Part shown: in pieces, positions 29,730 through 38,489 of the stretch
Position numbering within the stretch: position 1 is the first letter of the stretch
Layout of the letters: the number at the start of each line of letters is the position of its first letter
DNA from: a virus
Lineage: Duplodnaviria > Heunggongvirae > Uroviricota > Caudoviricetes
DNA: 64,000 nucleotides
Virus record (IMG/VR): IMGVR_UViG_3300042922_001018
Reading direction: 5' to 3' (one strand)
Translations under genes and position numbers: made by a program
Notes under the pieces: model-generated
Databases searched by the model: none
The model's input: the letters and a program-made list of their open reading frames with translations, nothing else
Told to the model about the DNA's origin: nothing

Positions 29730-30367
29730 ACCATCACCCCCGCGTACTCGGCCGGGAGACCTTCCCGGTACGCTGACGTTACACGCTCGGCACGCTCTAC
29801 GTCAAGCGAATCTGGGTCGATGACCGTGAGGATGTACTCAGCGGGGACGCCGGACTCGTAGAGACAGGTGAGCGCAGCCAACACCGGTCGGATGTTCTCA
29901 GGCGAGATGGAGTGCGACGTGACTGTCAGCGCGTACTCATGGGGAACACGCGCCGCGAACTGGTGCGAGTGGAGCGCGGTTTCATGTGACCGCAGCGATG
30001 TGTATAGCCTGCCGAGCTGCCGCGTCTGCTGGGCCATTCCGCGGATGAACTCCACAGTGCCAGGCGTCGGTGCGGCCTCCAGGAACATGGTGTTCGCCCT
30101 CTGCCGGAGCGCCACAAGCCGGGCGAAGGCACGCTCCCCGTTCGCAATCGCTTCTCGCCTATCTGTCTGCGGGAGTACGACTTCTTCGGGGAGAGGCTGG
30201 CACCCGAGGACACCAACACTGCGGTTCCCATGAGCGACCAGCTCTTCGAGGAGCCGGGTGGTTCGCTGCCGGAGGGCGGCATTCACGGGACCGTAGACTG
30301 CGAGGACATCCACTAGTGTGGCGTGCCATTCCGCCAACAGCTCGGAGAACTCTTGGGGCGTGCTCAC
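29726..30367 (-). CDS. GIPxEY family protein
   Basis: GTGA overlap start; SGVPAEYI...EGLPAEYA. Confidence 0.7.
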   Translation of the reverse strand: MSTPQEFSELLAEWHATLVDVLAVYGPVNAALRQRTTRLLEELVAHGNRSVGVLGCQPLPEEVVLPQTDRREAIANGERAFARLVALRQRANTMFLEAAPTPGTVEFIRGMAQQTRQLGRLYTSLRSHETALHSHQFAARVPHEYALTVTSHSISPENIRPVLAALTCLYESGVPAEYILTVIDPDSLDVERAERVTSAYREGLPAEYAGVMV

Positions 30368-31044
30368 AGGAGTTCTCGTGCGTATTCGGCGGGGATACCG
30401 TCGTTGTATGCATCCAGAACTCGTTTCGCGCTTCGGAGCGAAGGGTTCTCGGTCCAGGGGACGACCATCCGCATGTAGTCCGCAGGAACACCGGCATGGA
30501 ACAGTTCGAGGGTCAGACGGCACACGGCGTACCCGGTGACGCGAGCTGTCTCGTACCCGCAAGTTTCGCGGAAGTCTTCGGGGATGGTCGCGAGAACTTC
30601 TGTCCGCCAGGCCTGCGTGCGCGTCTGCATCGCTTCGCTGTTCAGGCGGCTGAGGTCACTGATACGGGAACTGATGTCGCGGGTGTGTGCTTCGAAAATC
30701 TCGAACTGGTCGGGCGAGAGTTCGTCGTACATGGCGTACTCGAAGTCGGGGTAGAAGTTCATGAGCGCTTGGTGGGTCTTCTCCAAGCGTCGGTATACGC
30801 TGTCCGCAGCAGTCCCCAGGCCGGGCAGGGGAGCCGTAGACGGGCTGCGTACCTGGATGACGGGGAACCCGTAGAACGCGAAACGTTCACAAGTCCCCAC
30901 GACGCCCCCTGCCATCTTCGCGGCGTTCTGGGAGAGAGTTGTGCCGCCGCGGACGTTCCTGTACACCTCGCTGGTGTCGATGAGACCGTCATACCAGTCC
31001 TGGACGTGGCTAGCTACACTCGCCCACGTAGTCGCGTCAGTCAC
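30364..31044 (-). CDS. GIPxEY family protein
   Basis: AGVPADYM...DGIPAEYA. Confidence 0.7.
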   Translation of the reverse strand: MTDATTWASVASHVQDWYDGLIDTSEVYRNVRGGTTLSQNAAKMAGGVVGTCERFAFYGFPVIQVRSPSTAPLPGLGTAADSVYRRLEKTHQALMNFYPDFEYAMYDELSPDQFEIFEAHTRDISSRISDLSRLNSEAMQTRTQAWRTEVLATIPEDFRETCGYETARVTGYAVCRLTLELFHAGVPADYMRMVVPWTENPSLRSAKRVLDAYNDGIPAEYARELL

Positions 31045-31676
31045 AGTGTGGCCCTCACGTACTCAGGAGCAATGCCTTCGTGGTGGGCGGCGATGATGGC
31101 CTGGGCCACGGACCCGTTGAGCTGGTAGACAGGGCAGACGGCTTGGGCGTACTCCACCGGAACGCCTGCGGCGGCAAGTGCCTGCGCGGACTTGACAGCT
31201 TTGGCGTTGACCTTCTCGTCCCCGAATCCGGCCGCGTATTCAGGGGTCACAGTCGCATGTAGCTGAACCACACGGGCGCGGCGCGCTAGCTGCCGGGTAC
31301 GCATTCCGTGCTTCGACCAGCGGTCGTCGAGGTACTCCATGTCTTCTCGAAGAGTCGGCGTCAGAAGGTTCATGACCCGCGGGTCTTCGGATGTCAGAGT
31401 CGTCTTGAAAAAGTGTCCGGCGACGTTGAAGCGCTGCTGGATGGCGTCGGCTTCGGCAATCAGGTTCTCGCGGTTGCCGTAGACGGTCGGTGCCCAGTCT
31501 TCTCGGCGCACCGGGTACAGTTCGCGGCCGTGGAGCGTCAGCAAGCCAGCAACCTCACGGGCCGCGGTCGCGTACGGGCGCGCCGAAGCGGCGGAGACTC
31601 GGCTGAACGTCTGGGCGGCATCTGCCATCAGGTGATGGTACTGCGACAGACCGAAGGCGACGGTGTCCTCCGTCAC
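31041..31676 (-). CDS. GIPxEY family protein
   Basis: AGVPVEYA...EGIAPEYV; start revised to GTG at 31676. Confidence 0.7.
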   Translation of the reverse strand: MTEDTVAFGLSQYHHLMADAAQTFSRVSAASARPYATAAREVAGLLTLHGRELYPVRREDWAPTVYGNRENLIAEADAIQQRFNVAGHFFKTTLTSEDPRVMNLLTPTLREDMEYLDDRWSKHGMRTRQLARRARVVQLHATVTPEYAAGFGDEKVNAKAVKSAQALAAAGVPVEYAQAVCPVYQLNGSVAQAIIAAHHEGIAPEYVRATL

Positions 31677-31677
31677 G

Positions 31678-31962
31678 TCAGTCTTCTCGCTCGTCGTAGA
31701 GGTAGCCGCATTCGACGCAGACTCGTCCGGGGACTGTTCGAGCCTCTTCTCGCATCCGTCGCGACCACTCGATGATGCGGTCAGACGCTTCGGAAACATC
31801 CCAGTGGACCTCGAAGCCGCACAGGGCGTGCTTCGTTTCGTAGCCGGTGCTGACCAGCTCTTCACCCGGCTCCAGCCGTCGAATGTGGCGGAGCGACAAC
31901 TCGGTGGCAAGCCGGTTCTCGGAGAACGCGTAGGTCTGCGTCTTCCGCTTGCGAGAGGTCAT
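31678..31962 (-). CDS. Small putative Zn-binding protein
   Basis: H...ALCG...CVEC; TAGACT upstream. Confidence 0.6.
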   Translation of the reverse strand: MTSRKRKTQTYAFSENRLATELSLRHIRRLEPGEELVSTGYETKHALCGFEVHWDVSEASDRIIEWSRRMREEARTVPGRVCVECGYLYDERED

Positions 31963-32002
31963 GCGAGAAGTCTACACCGATATGACAGGTGACGCAAGCT
32001 GG

Positions 32003-32110
32003 AAACACAGAACCCCGGCACGAGGCCGGGGCTGTGAGTGTCGGAGAGTGGACGAACTAATGGATTCTGTAAATGAAAGTTTGGAAGGAAGCTCCTCCTG
32101 GGCCGACACC
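32003..32110 (-). ncRNA. Candidate small structured RNA
   Basis: TACAGT -10 at 32114-32119, paired ends, terminator 32006-32036, no credible ORF. Confidence 0.5.
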
Positions 32111-32173
32111 TATACTGTAGCACACCCTACGGACATCGGGTGCGCATCTCCCCTAAGCGTTACCGTTCTGTTA

Positions 32174-32854
32174 TCAGAAGCACATGCAGGAGCCGTCAAC
32201 CGACTTCTGCATGAAGCAGTCGGGGCAGACCTCAGGGGCCGCTGCGACGCGCTTGCTTTCGACCTTCTTCGCAGCCTCGGCGGCGCGCTCGCGGGTTGCG
32301 GCGATTTCGTCGGTGAGGTCGAGCATCTCAGCCCCTTCGACGTGCTTCGCCCAGGAAGCGGCGGTCTGTGCGCGGCGGCTTACAGTTTCACCTGAGTAGC
32401 CTCGCTCTTCCAGAAGCTCTTCGACACCGCCGTCGCCACGGTCGTTGTAGGTCTGGACGATGTCGCTGTCTGCGACCAGAGTGTTCAACATGGCGCTGCG
32501 CTGGTCCGGCTCCATCCCGATGAACTGCTCGCCGAGCGGGGTGAGGCCGTAGTGCTTCGGGTTCTCGTTGATGACATCGACCAGGCCCAGGTATCCTGCG
32601 GCATCGCCGTACATGTGACCGTTGCGAGACTGGGTCATACCGAGGGATTCCGCGACGGCGTCGGGGGTCTCCGCGCCCGCAGCGATAGCGTCCACGGCGA
32701 CGGCGACCTTGTCGAGACGGTCGGCCTGAGGCGCGGGGAAACCATTGCCACCTTCGGAGTAGGCGAGAGAGACCTCGGGGTCAGTGCCGAGCTTCTCGGC
32801 GAACTGGCCGCTGCCGGTACGAGGGTGAGCAAGAGGGTCGAATGTCATTGTCAT
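32174..32854 (-). CDS. Leader-family protein with winged-helix domain and C-terminal Zn motif
   Basis: FDPLAHPRTGSGQFAEKLGTDPEVSL; PQAD...YGDAAGYLGL...RRAQTAASW; CPDC...CMC. Confidence 0.8.
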   Translation of the reverse strand: MTMTFDPLAHPRTGSGQFAEKLGTDPEVSLAYSEGGNGFPAPQADRLDKVAVAVDAIAAGAETPDAVAESLGMTQSRNGHMYGDAAGYLGLVDVINENPKHYGLTPLGEQFIGMEPDQRSAMLNTLVADSDIVQTYNDRGDGGVEELLEERGYSGETVSRRAQTAASWAKHVEGAEMLDLTDEIAATRERAAEAAKKVESKRVAAAPEVCPDCFMQKSVDGSCMCF

Positions 32855-33032
32855 GACCGGATGTAGGCGGTACGAAGCGTCGTCATCGGGCCTGTAAAGA
32901 GAGCAGGCCCGAGCGAACCATAGTTCGCTGGCAGTGGAGGCTTGCCTCCACAACGCCCCACACACGTGGACACGCGGGTCTCGCCCCTTCAGCCGTTCCA
33001 GTTCTGAGACAATCGTCTCGATTTCGGAACGG

Positions 33033-33650
33033 TCAGTTGCTTCCCATCAGCTCTTCGAGCTGGTCTTCGCCGAAGAAGGCCTCAGCGCTCTGATGCACCT
33101 GACGCGCACGGTCGTAATAGGCTGTGGCGCGGGAGACGCTGCCGAACTCGCGGTAAACTCCGCTGTGCATGTCGAAGAACTCATCGGCGGGATGCTGCGA
33201 GCCGACTCGCGCTTCGTACACGGCGTCGTAGAGCGCGTCGTTGATGGCGATGCCACCCTCGCGCTCCAGGTCACCCTGAGTGTCGTAGTAGTCCACCGCA
33301 AGCTTCCGGTCCTCGCCGTAGCCGTCGGTGTAGCAGAGCAGGAACTTCACAAGCGGATACTCAGCGTCACGGTTGTCCGTATCGTGCTCGTAGTGCTCGT
33401 ACGGGAGCTTCGCGGCGGGGATGACGCGCACCTTCGACTTGGAGAGAAGGTCCGGGTTGTCCTCGATGAAGCCGGAGACCCCGACAGCGATGTCGTCGTA
33501 CTCATCTGGGCTAATGTTCTCGCGCCAGAAGATGCCGTTCTTGCCGCCCCGGAGCCGGTTGGCAGCGAGGTTCACCTCAGGCGTGGCGCCGGTCTTCTCG
33601 GTGAAAGTGCCGTCAGTAGAACGCGGGTGTTCTGAAGCATCGAAGGTCAT
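33033..33650 (-). CDS. Leader-family protein
   Basis: MTFDASEHPRSTDGTFTEKTGATPEVNL; motif at 33658. Confidence 0.8.
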   Translation of the reverse strand: MTFDASEHPRSTDGTFTEKTGATPEVNLAANRLRGGKNGIFWRENISPDEYDDIAVGVSGFIEDNPDLLSKSKVRVIPAAKLPYEHYEHDTDNRDAEYPLVKFLLCYTDGYGEDRKLAVDYYDTQGDLEREGGIAINDALYDAVYEARVGSQHPADEFFDMHSGVYREFGSVSRATAYYDRARQVHQSAEAFFGEDQLEELMGSN

Positions 33651-33737
33651 GCCCCAGTGTAGGCGGAACGGTGCCATCCGTACGATACGTCAGGATTGTC
33701 CTTATCGACTGTAACGATAAGCTACGTTGCTTCTAAT

Positions 33738-33827
33738 CGCCACAGGGCTGTCGGTAACTCGTCCTTACCGACAGCCCTGTGGCGGCTATGTTAGCCATAA
33801 TGCGACGTTGTGGCTAACATAGCCGCC
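33738..33827. repeat. Two overlapping long inverted repeats
   Basis: 20-bp stem 33738-33757/33765-33784; 17-bp stem 33781-33797/33811-33827. Confidence 0.9.
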
Positions 33828-33837
33828 ATAGCCTCGC

Positions 33838-34569
33838 TCAGATGGGGACGCGACCGTGCCGGTTCCAGGCTTCCTGCGTGATGGGCATGTACTCGGCGAA
33901 AGAAGCCTCCATCATGTCGGCGACCATCTCGATTTCGCGCTGCGGGAACGACGGGAACTTCGCCTCATCCAGGGGGCGCTTGGTGCGCAGCGAGAGGAAG
34001 TTCGTCAGCGCTCGCGTGTTCATGGTGACGAACGCCGACGAGTAGATGTTCAGCGGAAGGCCCATACGACTGACCTCGCGAGCGACCTCCGCGTCCAGCA
34101 TTCGCTGGTACCCGGCGTAGGCGGTCTCGGCAGTGTTACGCAGCTCCTCGTTCACGATGGCGTGCTGCTCCTCGGTGCCTGCGACGTACTCGTACGCGCC
34201 GGGCTTACCCTGCTGCACGAGGTTCCGCTCAGCGGCAGGCACGTAGAAGATGGGACGGAGAACCTTGTACCGGCCCGACTCCTCGTTGTACGAGGCCATG
34301 CGGTGACGCATGATTTCCCGCCAGACGAAGATGGGAGCCTCGACATAGAAGGTGAACGAGCAGTGCTCGAACGGGGAGCCGTGGCGGTCACGGATGAGGA
34401 AGTTGATGAGCTTCTCGATGCCCTGCGCGGCGGCATCTTCGACTGCCTTGTCGCCGAGCGTAGAGACGCGTGCCGCCTGGGCGATGAAGGGGTCATCGGC
34501 CGCGGCTCGTACGAGCTGCACGGTCATGTCGGAACGGAAAGTGAGCGGGATGGGTGCTTCTTCAGTCAT
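33838..34569 (-). CDS. thyX: Flavin-dependent thymidylate synthase
   Basis: HGSPFEH; RHRMASYNEESGRY signature. Confidence 0.97.
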   Translation of the reverse strand: MTEEAPIPLTFRSDMTVQLVRAAADDPFIAQAARVSTLGDKAVEDAAAQGIEKLINFLIRDRHGSPFEHCSFTFYVEAPIFVWREIMRHRMASYNEESGRYKVLRPIFYVPAAERNLVQQGKPGAYEYVAGTEEQHAIVNEELRNTAETAYAGYQRMLDAEVAREVSRMGLPLNIYSSAFVTMNTRALTNFLSLRTKRPLDEAKFPSFPQREIEMVADMMEASFAEYMPITQEAWNRHGRVPI

Positions 34570-34608
34570 TGCTTCAGCCTACCATCGGTGCAAGCCGACG
34601 ACGGGCGC

Positions 34609-34950
34609 TCAGGCGGGCAGAACGACGCCTGTGAGGTACTCGTACGAGATACCTGAAGCGTACCCCTCGATGGCCTTGTCGATGGGGACTCCCGTTGAGA
34701 CGCACTTCGCCAGGTAGCCGCGCGCCATCGGGTCGCTGACGGCTTCGATGAAGCTCCAGGTCGTCCAGTCGCCGGGACGCCAGTCCTCGATGACATCCTC
34801 AGGAATCATGAGGTAAGCGTTGGTGATGTCAGCGAAACCGGTAGTGCCGGTCGGTGACCCGTCCCAGGCATGGTCGCACCATTCGGCCAGCACCCAGGTG
34901 CCTTCTACGAGAAGTTCGACTTCGCCGGAGCGCGCGTCAGTCAGGTCCAT
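34609..34950 (-). CDS. Hypothetical protein, GIPxEY-like C-terminus
   Basis: TGVPID...YASGISYEYL. Confidence 0.6.
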   Translation of the reverse strand: MDLTDARSGEVELLVEGTWVLAEWCDHAWDGSPTGTTGFADITNAYLMIPEDVIEDWRPGDWTTWSFIEAVSDPMARGYLAKCVSTGVPIDKAIEGYASGISYEYLTGVVLPA

Positions 34951-35354
34951 GACCTCATGGTATCCCGGCTAGCGCCGCGAGTCAAGCGGTGACGTACGCG
35001 ACCGTGTGCTCGTGCGTTTCGATAACGATGACTCGTTCGTCGGCCCCAACGACTCTGGCGCCGAAATACTCGCGTCGGCCTTCGCCCAGGTAGACTCCGG
35101 TCCCCGTGGCAAGTACCTTGCGCGGCCCAGGCGCCCACAGGCCGGAGGTGCCATCGTTACGGCGCTGGTAGGTGTGTACGACTCCGCCGCTGTGGGCGCG
35201 CATCCAGTTCCGGAAGGAGGAGAACTGAATGTCAGCGGGGAGGTCGGCGTTGTGCTGCTGAATGTCTTCGTTGACGAGTTCGAGCGCGTTGATGATGTAC
35301 TCCTTGTGTCGATATTCTGCTAGTGGAGCGGGTTCAGGCGAAGTCTATCACCTG

Positions 35355-36092
35355 TTACGCACGAGGGAGCTGCGAGGCCCGGTGTGCGTGGCGAGCGTTA
35401 GAGACGTTGACGGCATTCGCGCGACCACGAGTTTCCAGCGCTTCCTTCAGGCTGCGCTCGTTGTTGTCGAGGTACTGGTTGGCGAGCTTGCGGGTGTCAC
35501 CGCGGTAGCCGGTGCCGATGACATCGCGGGGTCGAACGTTGCCCTGAACCAGACCGCGGCGCATCGCTTCGTTGCTCTGAAGCATCAGCTCCAGGCTCTC
35601 CTTCGAGAAACCCGGAGTCTTGCCTTCGAAGATGTCATCGAGGTAGGTGTCGAGGTAGTGTGGTTCCCCGGCCTTGAACGCACGCGCCGGGCCGTGCATA
35701 CGTGCGAGAACTTTGGCGCGCTTCTGCACCTTGTCGGCCTGGAGAACCAGTTCGTCCCGGACACGCTGGTCATTGACGGAGCGCACTTCCGGCCAGAGCT
35801 GGTTCTGGATGTCGATGGCGAGACGCTGTTCCGCCTCCGTGATGTCTTCGGGGTGGATTTCGTCGTGCTTCGAGTAGTTCGGGTCTTCGACGAGTTCGAG
35901 GGGAATGGGGCGCGGTTCGCCGTTGTCGTCGCAGCACTCTTCGCAGGTGATGTCGGCACCCCAGGGGCCACCGCAGCGTGGGCAGGTCGGTACGGCAATC
36001 GTCTCGCCGATGGAAGTCTCCGGTGCCGTGCCGGTCTTCTCAGCGAACTTGCCGCCCTTGTCGCGGACTACTTCGTTCTCTTGGAAGCTCAT
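35355..36092 (-). CDS. Leader-family protein with Zn ribbon
   Basis: MSFQENEVVRDKGGKFAEKTGTAPETSI; CPRC...CEEC; motif at 36100. Confidence 0.8.
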   Translation of the reverse strand: MSFQENEVVRDKGGKFAEKTGTAPETSIGETIAVPTCPRCGGPWGADITCEECCDDNGEPRPIPLELVEDPNYSKHDEIHPEDITEAEQRLAIDIQNQLWPEVRSVNDQRVRDELVLQADKVQKRAKVLARMHGPARAFKAGEPHYLDTYLDDIFEGKTPGFSKESLELMLQSNEAMRRGLVQGNVRPRDVIGTGYRGDTRKLANQYLDNNERSLKEALETRGRANAVNVSNARHAHRASQLPRA

Positions 36093-36116
36093 GCCACGAT
36101 GTAGGCGGCGATGCGG

Positions 36117-36557
36117 CTACAGGGCGCCACGGCCGATGGCTCGGTCTAGCGCAGTGAAGATGGAGCGTGTGCGACTAGGATAGCCGGAAACTCGTTCGCC
36201 ACCGTACTTCTCATCGAGAACCACCTCGTATGCGGTGCGCTTCTTCAGGTCGCGACGGATGCCTCGTGCCACCTTCACCGACGGTGTGCTCTCGTAGGAA
36301 CTAACGTAGCCGACGCGCTCACCGTCGAGGTAGACGGGCGTGCGAAGGTAGCCTGAGCCAGGCAAGATTTCTTCTTCCTCGCCGATACGGACATCGGCCG
36401 TCTCCAGCCGCTTGCCGTAGTAGCTCTCCTTCGACTTCGTGACCTTGCGAAGCTTCGGTTTTGGTGCAGCGTTCAGGGTGACTTCCGGCGCGGCCCCGGT
36501 CTTCTCGGAGAACTTGCCGCCCTGGTCTCGTTCTACCTGTGTTTCGTCGAATGCCAT
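36117..36557 (-). CDS. Leader-family basic protein
   Basis: MAFDETQVERDQGGKFSEKTGAAPEVTL. Confidence 0.8.
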   Translation of the reverse strand: MAFDETQVERDQGGKFSEKTGAAPEVTLNAAPKPKLRKVTKSKESYYGKRLETADVRIGEEEEILPGSGYLRTPVYLDGERVGYVSSYESTPSVKVARGIRRDLKKRTAYEVVLDEKYGGERVSGYPSRTRSIFTALDRAIGRGAL

Positions 36558-36991
36558 CAGAGAATCCCGTCGTGAAGTGCCTGGTTGAGTGAGTCGTGGA
36601 TAGCGGACCCGCGCTTCTCTGAGCGCGAGGCGCGGGTGCCGTACAGGTTCGGTGCTTCGTCGTCCAGAGCATGCACGTACATCGTACGCTCCTTCAAGTC
36701 CTGTCGCAGGCGCCCGCCACGGCCGACGCTCTTCGACGGCGTGACCGGGAACGCGTAGACGTATCCGGCTGCGTCTCCATTGAAGTAGACAGGCGTGCGT
36801 CGCACGCGGCCAGTGAGTTCTTCTGCGACCCCGACTTCCACCACGCCGTCTGCGAGCCGTGGATGCGTGTAGGAGTAGTTCGGGAGTGTGGTCTTGCGGC
36901 GTGACGACAGAGAGACCTCGGCTGCGGTCCCGGTCTTCTCCGCGAACTTGCCACCGCCGTCTCGGCTCACCTGGGACTCGTCGAATGCCAT
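36557..36991 (-). CDS. Leader-family basic protein (paralog of previous)
   Basis: MAFDESQVSRDGGGKFAEKTGTAAEVSL; RTPVY...GYV...DLK shared. Confidence 0.8.
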   Translation of the reverse strand: MAFDESQVSRDGGGKFAEKTGTAAEVSLSSRRKTTLPNYSYTHPRLADGVVEVGVAEELTGRVRRTPVYFNGDAAGYVYAFPVTPSKSVGRGGRLRQDLKERTMYVHALDDEAPNLYGTRASRSEKRGSAIHDSLNQALHDGIL

Positions 36992-37009
36992 GACAGGATG
37001 TAGGCGGTC

Positions 37010-37708
37010 TCAGAGGGTCTTGTACTCGCGTGTGGCAAGCGTCGAGAAGAGGATGAGGTTATCCCAGCTCGCGAAGGAGAAGTCCGGTAGTGCCGCAAGT
37101 TCCACGGCCACTCCGTCCCCACCGGCTTTCGGGTAGACGTTGCGTGAATGGCGAGGTGTCGCATGCTGCCGGTACAGGATGGTCGAGATGCTGTCCTGCT
37201 GCTCCTCGGTCCACGGGTCTTCACTCATGGAGAGGTCGCAGAAGACATGCTCGTAAGCAGCGTCGAGGTCGGTGATGATGCCTACGGGTGCAAGCCTTCG
37301 GCTAGGGGACGTTCCGAACATCCGGATGACCTCGGACTCATCGTAGTCGAGCCACTCGCCTGCGCGGCCGTACAGCAGGTTCGTGTTCTGAAACTCGGGA
37401 ACCGCGCCGACGTGGTGTGCGAGACTGCGCAACAGGACCATCGCGGGCGATACCTCCCCTTCCGCACTGAACGCCGGGTCCGCGAGGTACATCTTCCACG
37501 AGAAGGCTTGGTCCGCGAGGTAACGCGGTTCAACCGCGAGCAGGAGGCGAACGTCTGCCTCGGAGAATGTGCGACCGACTGACTCCAGTTTCTCCAGGGC
37601 GTCGATGAGAACACGGATGCCGTAACGCGTTGTGCGCCCGAGGGTCTCCGGTCGGGGAACGTAGACGGCATCGAAATGCCGAGCGATGAGTCGGTCACGC
37701 GATGACAT
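37010..37708 (-). CDS. Hypothetical protein
   Basis: TAGAGT-7-ATG; N-terminus loosely like 38490..40655. Confidence 0.6.
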   Translation of the reverse strand: MSSRDRLIARHFDAVYVPRPETLGRTTRYGIRVLIDALEKLESVGRTFSEADVRLLLAVEPRYLADQAFSWKMYLADPAFSAEGEVSPAMVLLRSLAHHVGAVPEFQNTNLLYGRAGEWLDYDESEVIRMFGTSPSRRLAPVGIITDLDAAYEHVFCDLSMSEDPWTEEQQDSISTILYRQHATPRHSRNVYPKAGGDGVAVELAALPDFSFASWDNLILFSTLATREYKTL

Positions 37709-37792
37709 GTTCGCCACTCTATCACGGTTGACAACCGCTCGTCCAGGCGCTAGCGTTGTGTCTGTCAGCAAGGCCAACTCGAAGGGAACATC

Positions 37793-38182
37793 ATGTCCAC
37801 TCCGCTCTCCGCCCCGCGTCCGTACATCGGAACCGGCACCATCGTCGAGTTCGACAGCGTCCGTTACGTCGTCCTGAAGCCGAACTCGGTGAATCTCCGT
37901 GTCGAGCGCGAGAGCGACGGCGTGCAGTTCAACCTCCCCCGCGCCGCGGCGTTCACCATCGTCGGCCAGAAGCAGTTCAGCGAGATGGTTCAGGCGCCTG
38001 ACTTCGAGCAGTACAACGTGGTCAAGTACGTCGGCCCGAAGTTCGAGAACAAGCTCATGGCCGTGGTCAAGGTGGACGTGTTCGGGAAGCGAGTGACGCT
38101 CGCCGACCTGGACCAGCCGCGGAACCGACTCAACAACGTCCCGTTCAGCAACGTCGTGAAGGTGAACGTCGCCGAGGTGTGA
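37793..38182 (+). CDS. Hypothetical protein (tandem SH3/KOW-like)
   Basis: TTGACA-17-TAGCGT promoter, GAAGGGA RBS, downstream hairpin. Confidence 0.75.
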   Translation: MSTPLSAPRPYIGTGTIVEFDSVRYVVLKPNSVNLRVERESDGVQFNLPRAAAFTIVGQKQFSEMVQAPDFEQYNVVKYVGPKFENKLMAVVKVDVFGKRVTLADLDQPRNRLNNVPFSNVVKVNVAEV

Positions 38183-38203
38183 CGCAGACGGAACGCCCGG
38201 CCC

Positions 38204-38326
38204 TCATGAAGGGTCGGGCGTTCCGCGTTTCCGAATGGCGCGCACTTTCCGCCGCTCTTTCCCTGCGGTGAAAGCGGCGAGACCATCGAACGCGGCCATG
38301 ATGAGATGGGCGATGAACTCGAACAC
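38204..38326 (-). CDS. Small protein (40 aa)
   Basis: TAGACT-7-GTG; MFEFIAHLIMAAFDG... Confidence 0.4.
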   Translation of the reverse strand: MFEFIAHLIMAAFDGLAAFTAGKERRKVRAIRKRGTPDPS

Positions 38327-38417
38327 GAGTCTCAGTCTACTCCATGCCGTGTTATCCTGAAGATGTACCGACAGGTCGTGTTCGTCATGCAGTGCAGACA
38401 GCCGACAGGTCACATGA

Positions 38418-38453
38418 TGAAGGGGCACCTCCCGTTTCGGAGGTGCCCCTTCA
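38418..38453 (-). terminator. Hairpin after TerD-like gene
   Basis: TGAAGGGGCACCTCC/GGAGGTGCCCCTTCA. Confidence 0.65.
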
Positions 38454-38489
38454 GTTGTTATGCGTCCATGAGCCGTGAGCGCTCTGCGC

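Noticed and set aside
34116-34124. Near-match CGTAGGCGG inside thyX (another near 58412)
   Set aside because: One mismatch, intragenic, and no start codon at the 7-8 nt spacing.
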